A DNA stretch of 62,350 bases, filler included, from Deltaproteobacteria bacterium (GTDB taxonomy: Bacteria; JAUYMQ01): NCBI GenBank assembly GCA_030698575.1. It is 12 parts of 12 records of this genome, joined end to end, with 100 filler letters (N's around TTAATTAATTAA, not from the genome) between each part and the next. Parts side by side here need not be neighbours in the genome. Positions count along the whole stretch, not along the records: positions 40,347 to 43,335 come from JAUYMQ010000041.1; positions 43,436 to 47,765 come from JAUYMQ010000049.1; positions 47,866 to 50,512 come from JAUYMQ010000010.1; 9 more parts are not named here. One strand, 5' to 3'. Positions 40,347 through 49,258 of the stretch are shown here, piece by piece. Below the pieces are notes generated by a model, which saw nothing but the letters and a program-made list of their open reading frames with translations, had not been told where the DNA came from and ran no database searches. The position numbers and the translations under genes were made by a program. Positions within the stretch are counted from its first letter, which is position 1. Each line of letters opens with the position of its first letter.

Positions 40347-40840
40347 TCGCTGTCGGCGACGGCGCGGATCTGGTCGAGCACCGCGCGGAGCTGCGGCGAC
40401 TGGCCCAGCAGCCGCCCGATGCCCTGCTCCTGCTCCACGTGGGCGCGCAGCCGCTGGTTCTCCCGGCGGAGCCGGCTGTCCTCGAGGGCGCGGTGCACCG
40501 TGAGCGTGACCTCGGCGAGCTTGAACGGCTTGGTGAGGTAGTCGTAGGCCCCGTGGCGCATGGCCTCGATGGCCGTCTCGAGACTGCCGAAGGCGGTCAT
40601 GAGGATCACGCGCGCGTTCGGGCGCTGGCGCTGGGCGGCGGCGAGGATCTCCATGCCCCCGCTGTCGTCCATGACGAGATCCGTGAAGATCACGTCGCAC
40701 TCCTCGCGCTCGAGCACAGCCACGCCCTCGCGCCCGCCGGCCGCAGTGAGGACGGTGAAGCCCTCGCCCTCGAGGTGCCCGCGCAGCATGGAAAGCATCT
40801 CGGGATCGTCGTCCACGATGAGGACGCGGGCCGTGCTCAT
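40347..40840 (-). CDS. NtrC-family response regulator, 3'-truncated
   Basis: VLIVDDD, TDLVM, MTAFG, YLTKPF; ATGA overlap with the kinase. Confidence 0.9.
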
Positions 40841-42288
40841 GCGCTCGCCTCCGCCACCGGCAGCCACACCTCGAAGGTCGCGCCCCGGCCCTCCTCGCTC
40901 TGCACGTCGATGGTGCCGCCATGCTCGCGGACGATGTCGCGGCAGATGGCGAGCCCGAGCCCCGTGCCCTGGCCCACGGGCTTTGTCGTGAAGAAGGGTT
41001 CGAAGATGCGCCCCTGGATCTCCGCCGGAATGCCCGCGCCGCTGTCCGACACCGTCACGGCGACACCGGCCCGCCCGTCCGCCTGCCGGCTGGCCCGGGC
41101 CTCGATCCTCACCCGGCCGCCTGCCGGGGTCGCATCGAGGGCGTTGGAGAGGAGATTCAGGAGCACCTGCTGGAGCTGGCCCGGGTCCGCGAGCAGGGGC
41201 GGCAGGCCCCGGGGTACCGGCGCCTCCAGGACGATGCTCCGCCGTCTGGCCTCGTGGCCCATCAGGCCGCCGAGCTGCGGGAGCAGGCGTGGCAGCTCCA
41301 CGCGCTGCATCTCCGGCTTGTGGCCGCGCACGGTGTCGAGCACGGAGCGAATGGTGTTCGAGATGCGCTCGGCCTGGGCGGCGATCACCGTGAGCTCTCC
41401 GCGGGCGGGGTGGTCCGGGGGCAGCGCCCGCAGCGCCATCTCGGCCCGCCCCGAGATGATGTTGAGCGGCGTGCCGACCTCGTGGGCCAGCGCCGAGGTG
41501 AGCTTGCCGGCCACGGCCAGGGTCTCCACTCGGCGCAGCTGCTTCTCCAGCTCCAGGGCGCGCTCCGTCTCGTCCACGAGCCCGGAGCGCGCGGCCTGCA
41601 GCTGCTCGACCATCCGGTTGAACGACCGCGCCACCATCCCCAGCTCGTCGCGTCGCGATGCCGGCAGGGGCGGTCCGGGACGTCCCTCGCCCACGGCCTG
41701 GATCGAGGCCGTCAGTCGGCCCAGGGGCCGGATCAGATGCAGGTGGATTGCCAGGAGCGTCAGGGCCGTCACGAAGAGCACGATCACCGCGATGCGGGGG
41801 CCCACGTCCCAGATCGTGCGGATGAGGCTCTCCTCGGGCAAGGAGGTCGTGAAGGCGATCTCCACCGCCCCGAGGACGCCACCCCGCGGCGCCCGCAGCG
41901 GTAGCGCGTACCGGGTGATGTTGGGCTGCTCGACGTCGTGGCGGACCTGGCCGGTGGCGAGAACCTCCCGGAGGCGGTCCAGCCGCGGAGCGGTCTGCGG
42001 CGGCTGGGCGGCCAGCGGCCTCAGCGCGCGGTCCACGACCAGGATGCGCTCGATCTGCGCGTGGCTCATCACCAGCTCGGAGACGAGGCTCTGGATGTCG
42101 GCGATCTGGCGGTCTCGCAGGTCGTGCTCGATGGCGATCTGCACGGCCCGGGCGGTCACGGCGCTCTGGCGGCGCTCGGCCTCGGCCGCCTGCCGGGTCT
42201 CCACGCGAATGCGCATGACGCCGTAGCTCCCAAGGACCAGGGCCGTCGGGAGGATGACGAGCAGGAAGAGCCGGAAGCGCAGACCCAT
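40837..42288 (-). CDS. HAMP-domain sensor histidine kinase
   Basis: Two TM segments, DELG, AHEVGTPL, GTGLGL. Confidence 0.92.
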   Translation of the reverse strand: MGLRFRLFLLVILPTALVLGSYGVMRIRVETRQAAEAERRQSAVTARAVQIAIEHDLRDRQIADIQSLVSELVMSHAQIERILVVDRALRPLAAQPPQTAPRLDRLREVLATGQVRHDVEQPNITRYALPLRAPRGGVLGAVEIAFTTSLPEESLIRTIWDVGPRIAVIVLFVTALTLLAIHLHLIRPLGRLTASIQAVGEGRPGPPLPASRRDELGMVARSFNRMVEQLQAARSGLVDETERALELEKQLRRVETLAVAGKLTSALAHEVGTPLNIISGRAEMALRALPPDHPARGELTVIAAQAERISNTIRSVLDTVRGHKPEMQRVELPRLLPQLGGLMGHEARRRSIVLEAPVPRGLPPLLADPGQLQQVLLNLLSNALDATPAGGRVRIEARASRQADGRAGVAVTVSDSGAGIPAEIQGRIFEPFFTTKPVGQGTGLGLAICRDIVREHGGTIDVQSEEGRGATFEVWLPVAEASA

Positions 42289-42419
42289 GGGGAAGCCTCT
42301 GACGCGCCCATGGTAGTCGGTGCCGGACCCGTGGGCAAGGGCCCGCATCGACTCAAAATATCCGTTACCGAAGGGGGGCGTCCATCTCGTGGAGGTAGGG
42401 CTCTCGGGACGACACCACG

Positions 42420-42580
42420 AAGGATAACCGCCGGGTGCGGCGACTCGAGCGCGACGACGAGGCCTTCGCCTCCTGCCTCCTCGTGTACGTCAAAGCCCTC
42501 CCGTGCAAGGAAGTCTCGGAGCACCGCGCGCATCTCTCCGTCATCGTCGATGACCATGACGACGGGCGCAGGCTTGGGGA
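42420..42580 (-). pseudogene. Truncated receiver-domain remnant
   Basis: VMVIDDD...LAREGFDV...PAVIL ends just before the phosphoacceptor Asp. Confidence 0.5.
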
Positions 42581-43079
42581 TCCCGGCGCTCTTCGCGCGG
42601 ACAACCTTCGTGTGACATCGTGTAATGCATGGGCAAGCGCCGGCCACGTATGCGACCAGTTCGGATGGGCGCGCAGGTGTGGAAAGTGGAGCTGTTGGGA
42701 GGTTTGCCGTGAGGAATAGGCGCTCTCCGGCGAAGGTGGCGCACGACAACATGTCGTTCGCGCGACACTCTGTCGGCGGACCCCGCGACCCTGGGCCGGG
42801 AAGGAAGGCCGGCGGCGAATTACTGCATGAGCTGAATCAGGAGAGAGGTAGTCCCGGAGGCGCTGGGTAATGAGCGCGTTGTGCCGGAATGGTGTGGCGG
42901 GCCTCGCCCTTCCTCCGATCGAGCTGCGGACTCGGCACGACTACGCGCCCCAGGCGCAGGGACGAGATCGGAGGGCGCCACACATGGTCTTTTTCTTGCA
43001 GCTCGCCTGGTCTCGGAGAGTGAACTGAAGACGGACAGACCACCCACGCCGCGCGGCTAGCCACGGCTGGCCAGGGAGG

Positions 43080-43335
43080 ATGACCATGTCAGCCTATGAC
43101 CCGGAGAACCCCGGCGGGACCCGCTGGCCACCGCCCGATCTCGAACGCACGCTCCGGGAGTTGCGGGATCGCTTCCGCGGGTTCCGGGGTGGGCAGATTA
43201 CCGTAGGCGTGGGTATCGTGCTCGTGATGATCCTGCTCTGGTCGAGCTGGTTCACGGTGCAGCCCGAGGAGACGGGCGTGGTGCAGCGGTTCGGGGCGGT
43301 GGTCCGGACGGTAGGGCCCGGCCTGCACTTCAAGG
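43080..43335 (+). CDS. hflK: FtsH protease modulator HflK, 3'-truncated
   Basis: PPDLE motif, TM segment, TVQPEETGVVQRFG...PGLHFK. Confidence 0.85.
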
Positions 43336-43435
43336 NNNNNNNNNNNNNNNNNNNNNNNNNNNNNNNNNNNNNNNNNNNNTTAATTAATTAANNNNNNNNN
43401 NNNNNNNNNNNNNNNNNNNNNNNNNNNNNNNNNNN

Positions 43436-43854
43436 GCTTGAACGATCTCGAACTTGCGCTCACCAGGCTCATACCAAACCGTCTCACAATAGCTCGGCGG
43501 CGTATTCGGAATGTACTGTTTCGTATGGGTGGCCTGAATTCCCTCCTGGCCCGTCCAGACGATCCCTTCATTGCAGCGCCGCCTCTGGCGCTCGACCGAA
43601 CGGGTCCCGAGTATGATCCCGACACCGAGTTCGTGGAGCGCACTGATGCCGGCTTCGTGGTCAGCAACCGATTGCTTCCAGGCGACGGGATCAAATGACG
43701 ACCTGGCTGCCAGCCAGGGCCCGAACGGAAGTTCGTTCAACACGAAGATGTCCGGTTGAGCGCGGTCGAGGTCGGCGATCAGCTTCACCCAACTCTCCGT
43801 TCCCGGCAACAGCTTCGCGTCCATCTCTCCCACCGCGACGCGAATGGTGCTCAC
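43436..43854 (-). CDS. Carbon-nitrogen hydrolase family protein, 3'-truncated
   Basis: FVLNEL (catalytic Glu) and HTKQYIP (catalytic Lys). Confidence 0.75.
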
Positions 43855-43884
43855 AGGTTCCCTCCAATGAGATGTTCGTCCCGC

Positions 43885-44349
43885 CTAGAGGAACGGCAAC
43901 CACCGATGAACCCGGGCGCAGTAGTTTTCGTAGGCGGCCCCGAAGGTGCGCTTTAGATGGGGCTCTTCATAGAGCCGCACGAACAGATTAAAGGTTGCTG
44001 CCACGCAGATGCCGTAAATAAAAATGTTGAAGGAACGAAACAACAGGGCCCAGCCGCCAATGACAGAAAGCACCCCGACATACATGGGATTACGCGTGTA
44101 CTTGTAGAGCCCGCGCACTACCAGAGTTTTCGGGGGATCAATGGGCGCCGGGGTTCCACGGCCGGTAACCGCGAAGTCCCACAGGCACCATGCGTAAATC
44201 GAGCCGCCGACCAGCAATAGTGCCCCGGCTCCGACCGATTGTAGCGAGAAGGTCGGGGCTGAATGGGTGAAGGCCCGGAGCGGGACAAGTACCGCAACCG
44301 TCCCTGGTACGAGGAGCGTGAAGAGCAGGTTCTTCATGAACAGCGCCAC
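43885..44349 (-). CDS. Isoprenylcysteine carboxylmethyltransferase / PEMT family membrane protein
   Basis: GTPAPIDPP, GLYKYTRNPMY, EEPHL, YCARVHRW. Confidence 0.9.
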   Translation of the reverse strand: MALFMKNLLFTLLVPGTVAVLVPLRAFTHSAPTFSLQSVGAGALLLVGGSIYAWCLWDFAVTGRGTPAPIDPPKTLVVRGLYKYTRNPMYVGVLSVIGGWALLFRSFNIFIYGICVAATFNLFVRLYEEPHLKRTFGAAYENYCARVHRWLPFL

Positions 44350-44363
44350 GGACTTCTCCCGGC

Positions 44364-44419
44364 TACCCAAGGGATCGCTGATAAGCTGGGTACGATGCCC
44401 CGCCCACGCGACGGTTACA
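44364..44419 (-). other. Degenerate attC site
   Basis: Minus strand TGTAAC...CAGCTTATCAGCGATCC-CTTGGGT; core GTT changed to CTT. Confidence 0.45.
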
Positions 44420-44906
44420 TCCTCTTATCGAAAATTAGCTTCTCCGTGAAGACAAGGACGGTTTCGCCCCGTTGATTCTTGAGCACATGCTTCAGGTCGA
44501 CGAGTGTCCGTCCACGTTCAGTCTCCCGATCAACCCGTCCCTCGAGGTCCACACACAGTGTGTCCCCCGGAAAGGCAGGGCGCTGGACCCTGGCCTCGAG
44601 CCCGACCATCCCGTGGAAAGGGCCAAGACCTTCATTCCTGGAGATCGTAGCAACGAGATCCGTGATCGAGGTGGCCACGAGGCCCATTCCAAGGGAAATC
44701 AAGAAGGGTGCTGGTGCAAAGCGCTTGTTGTGCTCGCCCGGCATGTTCTCCTTGACCCACTCCATGTCGATGAACGGTGGTTCGTGAAGACCTGTCAGAT
44801 TCACGAAGTTCACGATGTCGGTTTCAGTGATCGTCCGCCGATGAGAGGACAGGCAATACACCGGCGCAGCGTCGCTACCCTCTTCGATTCGAACGAGTCC
44901 AGACAT
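44415..44906 (-). CDS. MaoC/PaaZ hot-dog dehydratase family protein
   Basis: RTITETDIVNFVNLTG, PAFPGDT, NQRGE. Confidence 0.85.
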   Translation of the reverse strand: MSGLVRIEEGSDAAPVYCLSSHRRTITETDIVNFVNLTGLHEPPFIDMEWVKENMPGEHNKRFAPAPFLISLGMGLVATSITDLVATISRNEGLGPFHGMVGLEARVQRPAFPGDTLCVDLEGRVDRETERGRTLVDLKHVLKNQRGETVLVFTEKLIFDKRM

Positions 44907-44921
44907 CAGTCCGCTCCCTCC

Positions 44922-44981
44922 GCCTAACGATTGAGCACAGTGGCGCCGCAAAGCGGCCCCCGCTGAAGCGAATAGTTGGGA
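44922..44981 (-). other. attC integron recombination site
   Basis: Minus strand TCCCAAC...GCCGCTTTGCGGC...GTTAGGC followed by GGAGG and ATG. Confidence 0.75.
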
Positions 44982-45020
44982 GGCGCTCCATAAGGCAACG
45001 CCTTCAGCAGCCTAGCGATC

Positions 45021-45383
45021 TCACCCCGCCTCGAGCACCATCGTGAGATTGACACCAGAGTCACCGTGTCGGCCCCCAGCCCAGCGAAGCGCATAAACGC
45101 GGACTGAGAGGCTGCAACCCGGACACTCCCAGTCGAGGAAGGGATTGCCTGCCTCACCGTTTTGCGCGGCCCACTCATTAAACGCGCGCTGAACTTCCAG
45201 CGAGAGATTTGAAATCTGTCTTGGGGCGCGCTGCTCAAAGTTTTCCTTCAGGAATCCCACCTGCCGGGCGCAACGGGGACATGTGTAGCCCGCCGTCAGT
45301 GAGAGAGCTCGGCCGTTGATAATCTCGTTCGAGAATGCCGTCTGGTCGAATCGGAGCCCAGCTCTAACGGCTTCCAGCTTCAT
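45021..45383 (-). CDS. Cassette hypothetical protein with two CxxC motifs
   Basis: CPRC and CPGC; ATG just after the attC GTTGGGC core. Confidence 0.7.
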   Translation of the reverse strand: MKLEAVRAGLRFDQTAFSNEIINGRALSLTAGYTCPRCARQVGFLKENFEQRAPRQISNLSLEVQRAFNEWAAQNGEAGNPFLDWECPGCSLSVRVYALRWAGGRHGDSGVNLTMVLEAG

Positions 45384-45389
45384 TGCGCC

Positions 45390-45449
45390 GCCCAACGGAT
45401 GGGCGGCAAGCTGCGAGCCGCGAAGCGGACCGCCACCTTCGCCGGCTTG
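45390..45449 (-). other. attC site split by the IS (remainder at 47080-47085)
   Basis: Removing the IS rebuilds GCCTAACAAGCCGGCGAAGGTGGCGGTCCGCTTCGCGGCTCGCAGCTTGCCGCCCATCCGTTGGGC. Confidence 0.8.
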
Positions 45450-45539
45450 ATACTGATCAAGGCCTCCCCCTGCGCCTACCCCACTTGGGGTAGGCTGGGT
45501 GCGAGTCACCAACGCGCATCCCGCGCAGGAGGAGAACCG

Positions 45540-46586
45540 ATGCGATTTTACACCAAGCAGCACCGCTACTACTGCGGAATCGATCTGCACGCCCGAACCA
45601 TGTACCTCTGCATCCTCGACCAGGCCGGCGAGGTCCTCCTGCACCGCAACGTGAAATCCACGCCGGAAGCCTTCCTCCAGGCGGTCGCTCCCTACCGGGA
45701 GGACCTCGCCGTGGCCGTCGAGTGCATCTTCACCTGGTACTGGCTCGCCGACCTGTGCGCCCGGGAGGGCATCACCTTCGTCCTCGGCCACGCCCTCTAC
45801 ATGAAGGCCATCCACGGCGGCAAGGCCAAGAACGACCGGATCGACGCCCTCAAGATCGCATCGATGCTTCGAGGAGGCATGCTTCCCCAGGCCTACGTCT
45901 ACCCCGCCGGCATGCGCGCCACGCGCGATCTCCTCCGGCGCCGCCTCCATCTCGTACGCAAGCGCGGACAGCTCCTGGCCCACATCCAGAACACGAACCA
46001 CCAGTACAACCTGCCGGACTTCGGTAAGCGGATCGCTTACCCCGCCAACCGCGAAGGGGTCGCCGAGCACTTCGAGGAGGTCGCCGTCCGAAAGAGCATC
46101 GAGGTCGATCTCGCCCTGATCGAGCGCTACGACGCGCTCATTCAGGAGCTCGAACTCTACCTCGTCCGCCAGGCCAAGCAGCACGCGCCCCAGGGCTTCC
46201 AGCTCCTGCGCTCTATCCCCGGCGTGGGCAAGGTCCTGGCCCTGACTATCCTCTATGAGATCCATGACATCCGCCGCTTCGCCCACGTCCAGGAGTTCGC
46301 CTCCTACGCCCGGCTGGTCCGATGCACCAAAGAGTCGGGCGGGAAGAAGCTCGGGAGCGGCGGCAAGAAGATCGGCAACGTCCACCTGAAATGGGCCTTC
46401 TCCGAGGCCGCCATCCTGTTCCTCCGCCACCGCGCCGAGGGGAAAAAGCTCTTGGCTCGCCTCCAAAAGCGGCACGGAAAGGGCAAGGCCCTCTCCATCC
46501 TGGCCCACAAGCTCGGACGGGCCGCCTACCACATGCTGGCCCGCGGCCGGGCCTTCGACTTGGAGAAGTTCTTGGCACACGCCTGA
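45540..46586 (+). CDS. IS110-family DEDD recombinase
   Basis: GIDLHA, AVEC, KNDRIDA, SIPGVG, ESGG; AGGAGGAG RBS. Confidence 0.95.
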   Translation: MRFYTKQHRYYCGIDLHARTMYLCILDQAGEVLLHRNVKSTPEAFLQAVAPYREDLAVAVECIFTWYWLADLCAREGITFVLGHALYMKAIHGGKAKNDRIDALKIASMLRGGMLPQAYVYPAGMRATRDLLRRRLHLVRKRGQLLAHIQNTNHQYNLPDFGKRIAYPANREGVAEHFEEVAVRKSIEVDLALIERYDALIQELELYLVRQAKQHAPQGFQLLRSIPGVGKVLALTILYEIHDIRRFAHVQEFASYARLVRCTKESGGKKLGSGGKKIGNVHLKWAFSEAAILFLRHRAEGKKLLARLQKRHGKGKALSILAHKLGRAAYHMLARGRAFDLEKFLAHA

Positions 46587-46590
46587 GGGA

Positions 46591-46990
46591 GGAGAGCGGG
46601 TGAGCCCATTGTCTAACTCGAGCCTGAGGGACCTGAGCTCGTTCCGATCGCTTCGTTCCCATGCGTCTTCAATCGCGGGAGGCGTCGATCATGAGCCCCA
46701 AGGTCCGGCAGCCCCGGCGTTTGATTGGACGCCCGCTCTCCTTCCGCACCCATCGCGAGCGGCGCACGCGGCTTCACGATGCTTCGCCCCTCCCCCGAGC
46801 CTGCAGACAACGGACCTTCGAGGTCGCTCGTCTTGAATAGGCCGGTACGAGGGCACGGATGAGTTTCTAGGCCGCAGGAGCCTAGCTTCTGCTCTCCGCC
46901 CTGGCGGAGATCGAGCCTCGATAGGTGTTGGGTGCGGAGCTTCAGCTCCCCGCCAGCATAGAGAAACGAAGTCGGAGCACAGTGTCGCTG
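46591..46990 (+). ncRNA. Candidate bridge/seek RNA of the IS
   Basis: Nested stems with internal loops resembling the attC target and the element's own end junction. Confidence 0.55.
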
Positions 46991-47161
46991 CCAAGCCGCC
47001 CGTTCAAGACTCAACGCGGCCGATCGAGTCGGCCGATGAGGAGACTCTTACCCCTTGACGGGGGGAGGCCTTATAGGTGTTAGGCGCCCACATGATGTGG
47101 CCGCCCATTCCTGCGAGAGCACCGCAGCCTGCTCTAGCACCATGCGGAGTCATGCGACACG

Positions 47162-47765
47162 CTATTTGCGTATACCACTCAGGAACTCGTCCACGTACGG
47201 GAAGCTCCTCTCCAAGACTTCCAGCAACGTCGTGCCGACCTGCGTGGTCAGCCTTTTGAGATCAAAGCACTCCAAGACCGCACGCAGATGCTCGTCACTA
47301 CCAGATGGAAACCTGTGCCGCTCCAACAGATACCTGGCGACAACTTGCAGCTCGCTCGGTGGAATCTCCTCGAATGATCGCGGCCCCCTGGTTCGCAACT
47401 TGATCGGTGGGCTTCCGTTCATTCTGACGACGGAGAATAGCAGGCCCCTTTCACTCACCTCATTCTCGGAAACAAGACGCTGTTCTCGAATGGCGTTCGC
47501 AAGCGCCTTGTTCATAGTGCTCTTGAGTTCATGGCCCATTCGCTTGATGCCGCAGCCCCTCAGGTAAATGTCGTAGGCTCGCTTCGCAACCACCGGGCCT
47601 TCGACCTCGACGATCCGGACAATGCCTTCCGAAACCCTATGCGCGTTGACGCTGCGAGGATCATTCCCAGGAAGGCCGGCATACTCCACATAATCGCTGA
47701 ATGGCAGATTGGCGTCTCGCGAGTTGACCGGAGGAACGATCAATTGCGCACGGCCAAAGAGATTC
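47162..47765 (-). CDS. C-terminus of a large protein (DUF3320-like winged-helix region), 5'-truncated
   Basis: IVEVEGPV and RSFEEIPPSEL motifs; followed by the split attC. Confidence 0.5.
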
Positions 47766-47865
47766 NNNNNNNNNNNNNNNNNNNNNNNNNNNNNNNNNNN
47801 NNNNNNNNNTTAATTAATTAANNNNNNNNNNNNNNNNNNNNNNNNNNNNNNNNNNNNNNNNNNNN

Positions 47866-48246
47866 GGGTTCGGCGTGCTCCACCATGTCGATCTGCCGGG
47901 GTCGCGTGACGCGCTCTACCGCGTGCTGAAGCCAGGCGGCGTCGCAATTTTCAACGAGCCGCTGGGGCACAACTACCCCCTCGAGTTCGCGCGCAAGTAC
48001 CTTCCCTATCCGAACAAGGAAGGACACGCCACCGACATCCCGCTCAAGATGAAGGACATCGAGCTGTTCGGAGAACCGTTCTCGCGGCACACGGTTACCC
48101 CCTACTACCTGTTCAGCATGATCGAGCAGGCGATGGGGCGGCAGATGCCCAACTCCCCCCTGCGCCGCCTCGACACGGCCATCGCCACGCACATGCCGTG
48201 GCTCGGCCGTTACTATCGCATGGCGATGCTGGCTTACTACAAGTAG
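47866..48246 (+). CDS. Class I SAM methyltransferase, C-terminal part
   Basis: VLHHVD...RVLKPGG. Confidence 0.8.
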   Translation, partial: GFGVLHHVDLPGSRDALYRVLKPGGVAIFNEPLGHNYPLEFARKYLPYPNKEGHATDIPLKMKDIELFGEPFSRHTVTPYYLFSMIEQAMGRQMPNSPLRRLDTAIATHMPWLGRYYRMAMLAYYK

Positions 48247-49256
48247 AGGCGCGGAGCAGGACTTTGTGGGAGGCGACCTTCGAGGAACTTTGCAGCTTCG
48301 CGGACGGTGCGGGGCTCGACGCGCGCAGCTTCCTGCAGCGCCGCGCCGAGTTCGAGGTTCTGTTCCACCACGTCCCGGTGCCCGCGGGCAGCACCCTCGA
48401 GGTCGGCTGCGGCGGCGGGTTTCTCACAGCGCTGCTTGCGCGCGAGGGGAAGCTGGCCGTGGGGATCGACATGGCGGCGCCGGACGATCTCACGCACTCC
48501 CGTGGTCTCGAGGCGCCGGGCAGGCTGGCCCGGACCCTCCGCGCCCCGAACCTGCGCTTCCTCGGCTGCAGCGGCGAGTCGCTTTGCTTCAATGACGGGA
48601 GCTTCGATCTGGTGCTTTCGAGCTACGTGCTCGAGCACGTCCCGGATCGCCCGCGCGCCGTCCGGGAGATGAAGCGCGTGACGCGCCCCGACGGCCTCAT
48701 CATCGCGCTCGTGCCCGGCTGGATGGAGCGGGTGTACGCGCCCTTCAACTACTACTTCATCCTGATCTGGGGAACCCTGCGCAGCGCCTACCGTTTTCTT
48801 GCGCAAAGAATCGGCCGCGCGCCGGCCCGGGACGCGGCCCCGCGGCCCGGGGCAGAGGCCGCCGGGTCCGCCGCCGCACCCGCCCCGGAAGAGGGGGTCG
48901 GAGACAAGATCCGGAAGTTTTTCCGGGTCTACCATCCCACCTTCCCCTTCCCGCGGCCGCACGGTTACTACCGCTCGTCCTCCGAGGAGCTCCGGGCCCA
49001 CCGGTACCGGCGCTGGCGGAGGCTGTTCGAGGCGGAAGGGCTCGTGGTGGAACGCGCCTTTGTCACGCGCATTGCCCCCACCTGCCTTCTCGAAATGATC
49101 TCCGACGGCGCGGACCGGGCTGCCCAGGGGGCGCTGGCGGGCACGCTCCGGCGCCACGGCGAGTCGCGGTGGGCCCGGGCGGTGGCCTACTCCTGGTGCT
49201 TCGTTCTCCGCAAGGGCGATGACGCCCCGGCGGCGGGCGAGGCGGGCAAGGACTGA
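48198..49256 (+). CDS. Class I SAM methyltransferase (start uncertain)
   Basis: LEVGCGGG, FDLVLSSYVLEHV, RVTRPDG. Confidence 0.85.
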   Translation: MARPLLSHGDAGLLQVEARSRTLWEATFEELCSFADGAGLDARSFLQRRAEFEVLFHHVPVPAGSTLEVGCGGGFLTALLAREGKLAVGIDMAAPDDLTHSRGLEAPGRLARTLRAPNLRFLGCSGESLCFNDGSFDLVLSSYVLEHVPDRPRAVREMKRVTRPDGLIIALVPGWMERVYAPFNYYFILIWGTLRSAYRFLAQRIGRAPARDAAPRPGAEAAGSAAAPAPEEGVGDKIRKFFRVYHPTFPFPRPHGYYRSSSEELRAHRYRRWRRLFEAEGLVVERAFVTRIAPTCLLEMISDGADRAAQGALAGTLRRHGESRWARAVAYSWCFVLRKGDDAPAAGEAGKD

Positions 49257-49258
49257 CG

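Larger units (their letters stand above)
45450..47079 (+). mobile_element. IS110-family (IS1111-like) insertion sequence
   Basis: Subterminal IRs AAGGCCTCCCCC (45459-45470) and GGGGGAGGCCTT (47061-47072); TG core at both junctions; long 3' non-coding region. Confidence 0.85.

Noticed and set aside
40439-42226. 595-aa + strand ORF and many similar long overlapping ORFs
   Set aside because: Antisense or off-frame shadows typical of high-GC coding DNA
42630-42650. Possible sigma54 promoter (TGGC...TTGC, minus strand)
   Set aside because: GG-to-GC spacing is 9 nt rather than the required 10
45384-46580. 519-aa minus-strand ORF 45021-46580
   Set aside because: Mostly the antisense shadow of the IS110 recombinase; only the last 120 codons look like a real gene
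45450-47075. Alternative IS ends using an ATA core
   Set aside because: The rebuilt site fits attC less well and gives no properly spaced junction promoter; the TG core gives both
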